DNA of 64,000 nucleotides from Escherichia coli (GTDB lineage Bacteria; Pseudomonadota; Gammaproteobacteria; Enterobacterales; Enterobacteriaceae): NCBI RefSeq assembly GCF_001677475.2, contig NZ_CP015229.1; one strand, 5' to 3'. Shown piece by piece: positions 60,038 to 64,000 of this stretch (position 1 is its first letter; each line of letters starts with the position of its first letter). The notes under the pieces were generated by a model. It saw only the letters and a program-made list of their open reading frames with translations, ran no database searches and was not told where the DNA came from. The position numbers and the translations under genes were made by a program.

Positions 60038-60514
60038 ATGCAGCAGCTTTCCTTTCTGCCCGGAGAGATGACGCCCGGCGAGCGCAGTCTCATTCTGCGG
60101 GCCCTGAAAACCCTGGACCGCCATCTTCATGAACCCGGCGTGGCCTTCACCTCCACCCGTGCAGCACGGGAATGGCTGATTCTGAACATGGCGGGACTGG
60201 AGCGTGAAGAGTTCCGGGTGCTGTATCTGAACAACCAGAATCAGCTGATTGCCGGTGAAACCCTCTTCACCGGCACCATCAACCGCACGGAAGTCCATCC
60301 CCAGGAAGTGATTAAACGCGCCCTGTATCACAATGCCGCTGCTGTGGTGCTGGCACACAATCACCCGTCCGGTGAAGTCACCCCCAGCAAGGCAGACCGC
60401 CTTATCACGGAACGTCTGGTACAGGCACTGGGCCTGGTGGATATCCGGGTGCCGGACCATCTGATAGTCGGTGGCAGCCAGGTTTTCTCCTTTGCCGAAC
60501 ACGGTCTGCTTTAA
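60038..60514 (+). CDS. RadC-like JAB-domain protein (YeeS/YfjY-like)
   Basis: About 158 aa from ATG 60038 with GGAGG SD; JAMM motif region VVLAHNHPSGEVTPSKADRLITERL. Confidence 0.8.
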   Translation: MQQLSFLPGEMTPGERSLILRALKTLDRHLHEPGVAFTSTRAAREWLILNMAGLEREEFRVLYLNNQNQLIAGETLFTGTINRTEVHPQEVIKRALYHNAAAVVLAHNHPSGEVTPSKADRLITERLVQALGLVDIRVPDHLIVGGSQVFSFAEHGLL

Positions 60515-60582
60515 CCCGTCACCGTCACAACTACATCACACTTGTTTTCACTTTTATCTTCTGTCTTCAGAGGTATCCCATC

Positions 60583-60804
60583 ATGAAAATTATCACCCGT
60601 GGTGAAGCCATGCGTATTCACCAACAGCATCCTGCATCCCGTCTTTTTCCGTTCTGTACCGGTAAGTACCGCTGGCACGGCAGCGCTGAAGCGTATACCG
60701 GTCGTGAAGTGCAGGATATTCCCGGCGTTCTTGCCGTGTTTGCTGAACGCCGTAAGGACAGTTTTGGCCCGTATGTCCGGCTGATGAGCGTCACCCTGAA
60801 CTAA
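60583..60804 (+). CDS. DUF987 protein (YeeT-like)
   Basis: 73 aa MKIITRGEAMRIHQQHPASRLFPFCTGKYRWHGSAEAYTGREVQDIPGVLAVF... Confidence 0.7.
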   Translation: MKIITRGEAMRIHQQHPASRLFPFCTGKYRWHGSAEAYTGREVQDIPGVLAVFAERRKDSFGPYVRLMSVTLN

Positions 60805-60882
60805 GTCAGGAAGGGCATTCTGATGAGCCGAATTATCGCCACCATTGAACTATTCTTAACTGATTTCTGTGAGGACTTTATC

Positions 60883-61251
60883 GTGTCAGACACACTGCCC
60901 GGGACAACGCATCCCGACAACAACAACGACCGCCCCTGGTGGGGGCTACCCTGCACCGTGACGCCCTGTTTCGGTGCACGTCTGGTGCAGGAGGGTAACC
61001 GGTTGCATTACCTTGCAGACCGCGCCGGTATCAGAGGCCGGTTCAGCGACGCGGATTCGTACCACCTGGACCAGGCCTTTCCGCTGCTGATGAAACAACT
61101 GGAGCTCATGCTCACCAGCGGTGAACTGAATCCCCGCCATCAGCATACCGTGACACTGTATGCGAAGGGGCTGACCTGCGAAGCCGACACCTTCGGCTCC
61201 TGTGATTACGTTTATCTGGCTGTTTATCCGACGCCCGAAACGAAAAAGTAA
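60883..61251 (+). CDS. cbeA: Type IV toxin-antitoxin antitoxin CbeA (YeeU-like)
   Basis: GTG start at 60883 preceded by GAGGA. Protein (M)[51 protein letters not shown]...[29 protein letters not shown] matches CbeA/YeeU. The ORF-track start at 60823 is an upstream extension. Confidence 0.85.
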   Translation: MSDTLPGTTHPDNNNDRPWWGLPCTVTPCFGARLVQEGNRLHYLADRAGIRGRFSDADSYHLDQAFPLLMKQLELMLTSGELNPRHQHTVTLYAKGLTCEADTFGSCDYVYLAVYPTPETKK

Positions 61252-61340
61252 ACCACCGGAATAACCCTCTGCTCCGGCCTGGTGTTTTCACCACGCCACT
61301 GTCCCATTTTTTATCTCTGCATATCAGGAAAATCTTCAGT

Positions 61341-61715
61341 ATGAAAACATTACCCGACACGCATGTACGGGAGGCATCGAGCTGCCCGTCTCCCGTCACC
61401 ATCTGGCAGACACTGCTCACCCGGTTACTGGACCAGCATTACAGCCTTACGCTGAATGACACACCGTTCGCGGATGAACGTGTGATTGAGCAGCATATTG
61501 AGGCAGGCATTTCACTGTGTGATGCGGTGAATTTTCTCGTGGAAAAATACGCGCTGGTGCGTACCGACCAGCCGGGATTCAACACTTGTCCCCGCTCTCA
61601 GTTAATAAACAGTATTGATATCCTCCGGGCTCGCCGGGCGACCGGCCTGATGACCCGCGACAATTACAGAACAGTAAATAACATTACCCTTGGTAAGCAT
61701 CCGGAGAAACGATGA
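61341..61715 (+). CDS. cbtA: Type IV toxin CbtA (YeeV-like; cytoskeleton-targeting toxin)
   Basis: 124 aa; ...[87 protein letters not shown] matches CbtA. Confidence 0.85.
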   Translation: MKTLPDTHVREASSCPSPVTIWQTLLTRLLDQHYSLTLNDTPFADERVIEQHIEAGISLCDAVNFLVEKYALVRTDQPGFNTCPRSQLINSIDILRARRATGLMTRDNYRTVNNITLGKHPEKR

Positions 61716-62200
61716 AACTGGCCCTGATGCTGGAAGCCGACAGCATTAATGTGCAGGCACTGAACATGGGGCGAATTGTCGTTGACGTCGATGGTGTTAA
61801 TCTCACTGAACTGATTAACAAGGTCGCTGAAAACGGTTATTCACTCCGCGTGGTGGAGGAATCCGACCAACAGTCAACCTGCACACTACCACCGTTTGCA
61901 ACCCTTGCCGGCATACGCTGCAGTACCGCACATATCACGGAAAAGGATAACGCCTGGCTGTACTCGCTGTCACACCAGACCAGTGACTTCGGTGAATCAG
62001 AATGGATTCATTTCACAGGTAGCGGATATCTGTTACGTACCGATGCGTGGTCATATCCGGTTCTGCGGCTTAAACGCCTGGGGCTGTCAAAAACGTTCCG
62101 TCGTCTGGTTGTCACACTCATCCAACGTTATGGCGTCAGTCTCATTCATCTGGATGCCAGCGCTGAATGTCTGCCGGACCTGCCCACTTTCGACTGGTAA
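61712..62200 (+). CDS. YeeW-like protein
   Basis: 162-aa ORF overlapping the cbtA stop (ATGA); position and size as yeeW in CP4-44. Confidence 0.6.
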   Translation: MKLALMLEADSINVQALNMGRIVVDVDGVNLTELINKVAENGYSLRVVEESDQQSTCTLPPFATLAGIRCSTAHITEKDNAWLYSLSHQTSDFGESEWIHFTGSGYLLRTDAWSYPVLRLKRLGLSKTFRRLVVTLIQRYGVSLIHLDASAECLPDLPTFDW

Positions 62201-62211
62201 CCAGGAACAAC

Positions 62212-62409
62212 ATGAAATCATTAACCACGGAAACCGCACTGGATATTCTGATTGCGTGGCTACAGGACAATATCGACTGCGAATCGGGAATTATCTTTGA
62301 CAACGATGAGGATAGAACGGATTCGGCAGCACTGTTGCCCTGTATCGAACAGGCCAGAGAGGATGTCCGTACCCTGCGTCAGCTGCAGTTTCTGCAACAG
62401 AACCGGTGA
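62212..62409 (+). CDS. Small acidic hypothetical protein
   Basis: 65 aa from ATG 62212 (MKSLTTETALDILIAWLQDNIDCESGIIFDNDEDRTD...); no family recognised. Confidence 0.35.
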   Translation: MKSLTTETALDILIAWLQDNIDCESGIIFDNDEDRTDSAALLPCIEQAREDVRTLRQLQFLQQNR

Positions 62410-62493
62410 GTCTTACTCACCAGACTTCATTCCACTGACGCCAGCCTGAATACGGCTGGCGTTTTCGTTTATCTGCAAAAAGGAATATCGATT

Positions 62494-63336
62494 ATGTCTG
62501 AAATCACAGCCTCTCGTCCGGAAGTGGTCAACGGGCATACGGACGTTATCTGCTCAACCAGTATCCGCCACATTCTGGCTGTACGAAAGAGTACATTGCT
62601 GCAAATCGACACACTTATCCGACAACTGGCTGAAATATCAGCAATGACAGAAAGTATTAGAGGTAAAACGGCTCTGGACTGGGCCATGAAACAGGATTTT
62701 CGCTGCGGTTGCTGGCTGATGGAGAAACCGGAAACCACAATGAAAGCCATCACACGCAATCTTGATCGCGAACTCTGGCGTGATCTGATGCAACGTTCCG
62801 GGATGCTGAGTCTGATGGATGCGCAGACCCGGGACACATGGTACAGGTCACTGGAATATGATAATTTTCCGGAAATCAGCGAAGCGAACATTCTGAGCAC
62901 ATTTGAACAACTGCACCAGAACAAAGATGAAGTGTTTGAACGGGGAGTGATCAACGTCTTCAAAGGGCTGAGCTGGGATTACAAAACCAACTCACCCTGT
63001 AAATTTGGCAGTAAAATTATCGTCAACAATCTGGTGAGGTGGGACCAGTGGGGATTTCATCTTATCAGTGGAATGCAGGCAGATCGCCTGGCTGACCTGG
63101 AAAGAATGTTGCATCTGCTCAGAGGAAAACCGATCCCCGACAACCGGGGGAATATCACCATTAATCTGGATGACCACATACAGTCCGTTCAGGGTAAAGG
63201 ACGCTATGAAGATGAGATGTTCATCATTAAATACTTTAAGAAGGGATCTGCACACATCACTTTCAAAAGGCTGGAGCTGATTGACAGAATTAACGATATA
63301 ATAGCCAGGCACTTTCCTTCTGTGCTCTCAGCCTGA
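62494..63336 (+). CDS. Hypothetical protein (possibly DUF4942-like), last gene of the island
   Basis: 280-aa ORF with SD-like aaaggaa upstream; family assignment tentative. Confidence 0.5.
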   Translation: MSEITASRPEVVNGHTDVICSTSIRHILAVRKSTLLQIDTLIRQLAEISAMTESIRGKTALDWAMKQDFRCGCWLMEKPETTMKAITRNLDRELWRDLMQRSGMLSLMDAQTRDTWYRSLEYDNFPEISEANILSTFEQLHQNKDEVFERGVINVFKGLSWDYKTNSPCKFGSKIIVNNLVRWDQWGFHLISGMQADRLADLERMLHLLRGKPIPDNRGNITINLDDHIQSVQGKGRYEDEMFIIKYFKKGSAHITFKRLELIDRINDIIARHFPSVLSA

Positions 63337-63446
63337 CCCCGAGTTTGATTCCCTTTCGATATCAAAAGGGACTGCGGGTACAAAAGAGGGTACATCTTTC
63401 ACCAAACCAAACAAAATAAACTAATATCAACATGATAGAAGCATTC

Positions 63447-63468
63447 TTCGATTCCGAGTCCGGCACCA
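63447..63468 (+). repeat. attR-like direct repeat: 22-nt copy of the tRNA-Phe 3' end marking the right island boundary
   Basis: ttcgattccgagtccggcacca equals the last 23 nt of tRNA-Phe (TTCGATTCCGAGTCCGGGCACCA) with one G missing. It is in the plus orientation, whereas the intact pheV at 1391-1466 is on the minus strand. Confidence 0.8.
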
Positions 63469-63482
63469 CTAATTCTTAAGAA

Positions 63483-63510
63483 CCCGCCCACAAGGCGGGT
63501 TTTTGCTTTT
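63483..63510 (+). terminator. Rho-independent terminator (native tRNA-Phe terminator-like)
   Basis: cccgcc-cacaa-ggcggg followed by tttttgctttt, directly after the tRNA 3'-end repeat. Confidence 0.7.
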
Positions 63511-63615
63511 GGATCTGACAATAACCTTCACGAAAAAAATTAGCTTATAAAGTCTGGGGGAATTACTCTCGCCACGTTAACGAGAGTAATTTTATTGATA
63601 TTAATCTCCTGATAC

Positions 63616-64000
63616 TTACCCCCCTCCAAATTCCAGCCGCTGCACATTCACCATCCCTGGCTTCTCACCTACGCTGACATCAATTTGTGTCACCCGCAGC
63701 GCATATTTTTCATCCAGTGCGTTTAACCATTTCAGCAGGTCATTAAACACCACAGGTTCTATCCAGACCTGAATATTCTCCCCACGCTCGGCTATCCGCT
63801 TGATGACCACCGAGTGCGCGGAAGCACTGTCACTGATGACCCGCGATACCTGCGCAGGCGTTGTTGTGGCAGATTTTCGCGCTGCAATAATATCCGGCGC
63901 GGCGCTCTTCAGTCGCGCGTTCATCGCCACCAGCTGCTGCAACATCGTCTCCTGTTGTTCTATCCGTTCGCTCAACGGCTGCCAGATGAGGACGCAATAT
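63616..64000 (-). CDS. yghD: Type II secretion system protein M-like (GspM/YghD), partial (N-terminus beyond window end)
   Basis: Minus-strand ORF with C-terminal ...IQVWIEPVVFNDLLKWLNALDEKYALRVTQIDVSVGEKPGMVNVQRLEFGGG; in E. coli K-12, yghD is the core gene flanking pheV on this side. Confidence 0.6.
   Translation of the reverse strand, partial: YCVLIWQPLSERIEQQETMLQQLVAMNARLKSAAPDIIAARKSATTTPAQVSRVISDSASAHSVVIKRIAERGENIQVWIEPVVFNDLLKWLNALDEKYALRVTQIDVSVGEKPGMVNVQRLEFGGG

Noticed and set aside
58634-60502. Two long minus-strand ORFs (292 and 303 aa)
   Set aside because: Antisense to the DUF932, antirestriction and RadC-like genes, which have recognisable family motifs on the plus strand.

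Overview
This window looks like an Escherichia coli-type chromosome segment: a conserved core block (about 1.2-13.3 kb) followed by a roughly 50 kb mosaic accessory island (about 13.3-63.5 kb). All calls rest on reading the sequence and translated ORFs against remembered protein families; no database search was run. Core block: the near-complete 3' part of a P4-type integrase, tRNA-Phe (pheV), yqgA, speC, nupG, mltC, yggX, mutY, trmB, yggL, a REP/BIME repeat, yggN, ansB, yggM, then a TRAP permease gene truncated by an IS66-family element. Accessory island: an IS3-family remnant, an ImpA_N-domain pseudogene, two adjacent candidate anti-phage defence genes (a membrane-anchored DUF4041/T5orf172 GIY-YIG-like protein and a NERD + SF1 helicase protein), a LuxR/EAL regulator pair, a complete K88/F4 (fae)-like chaperone-usher fimbrial operon with PapB/PapI-like regulators and Pap-like GATC spacing, a graveyard of at least six IS families (ISL3 split by an IS21-family element, IS100-like remnant, IS3, IS256, IS110), and a CP4-like module (AlpA, YeeP-like GTPase, antigen 43 with its three-GATC OxyR/Dam switch, a large YeeR-like membrane protein, DUF905, DUF932, antirestriction, RadC-like, YeeT-like, CbeA/CbtA, YeeW-like). 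The island ends at a 22-nt copy of the tRNA-Phe 3' end next to gspM/yghD. That repeat is in the opposite orientation to the intact pheV at the left, which points to an IS-mediated inversion or an assembly artefact. The most novel-looking element is the DUF4041/T5orf172 plus NERD-helicase gene pair at 18.1-21.3 kb. No CRISPR array or rRNA gene was seen.
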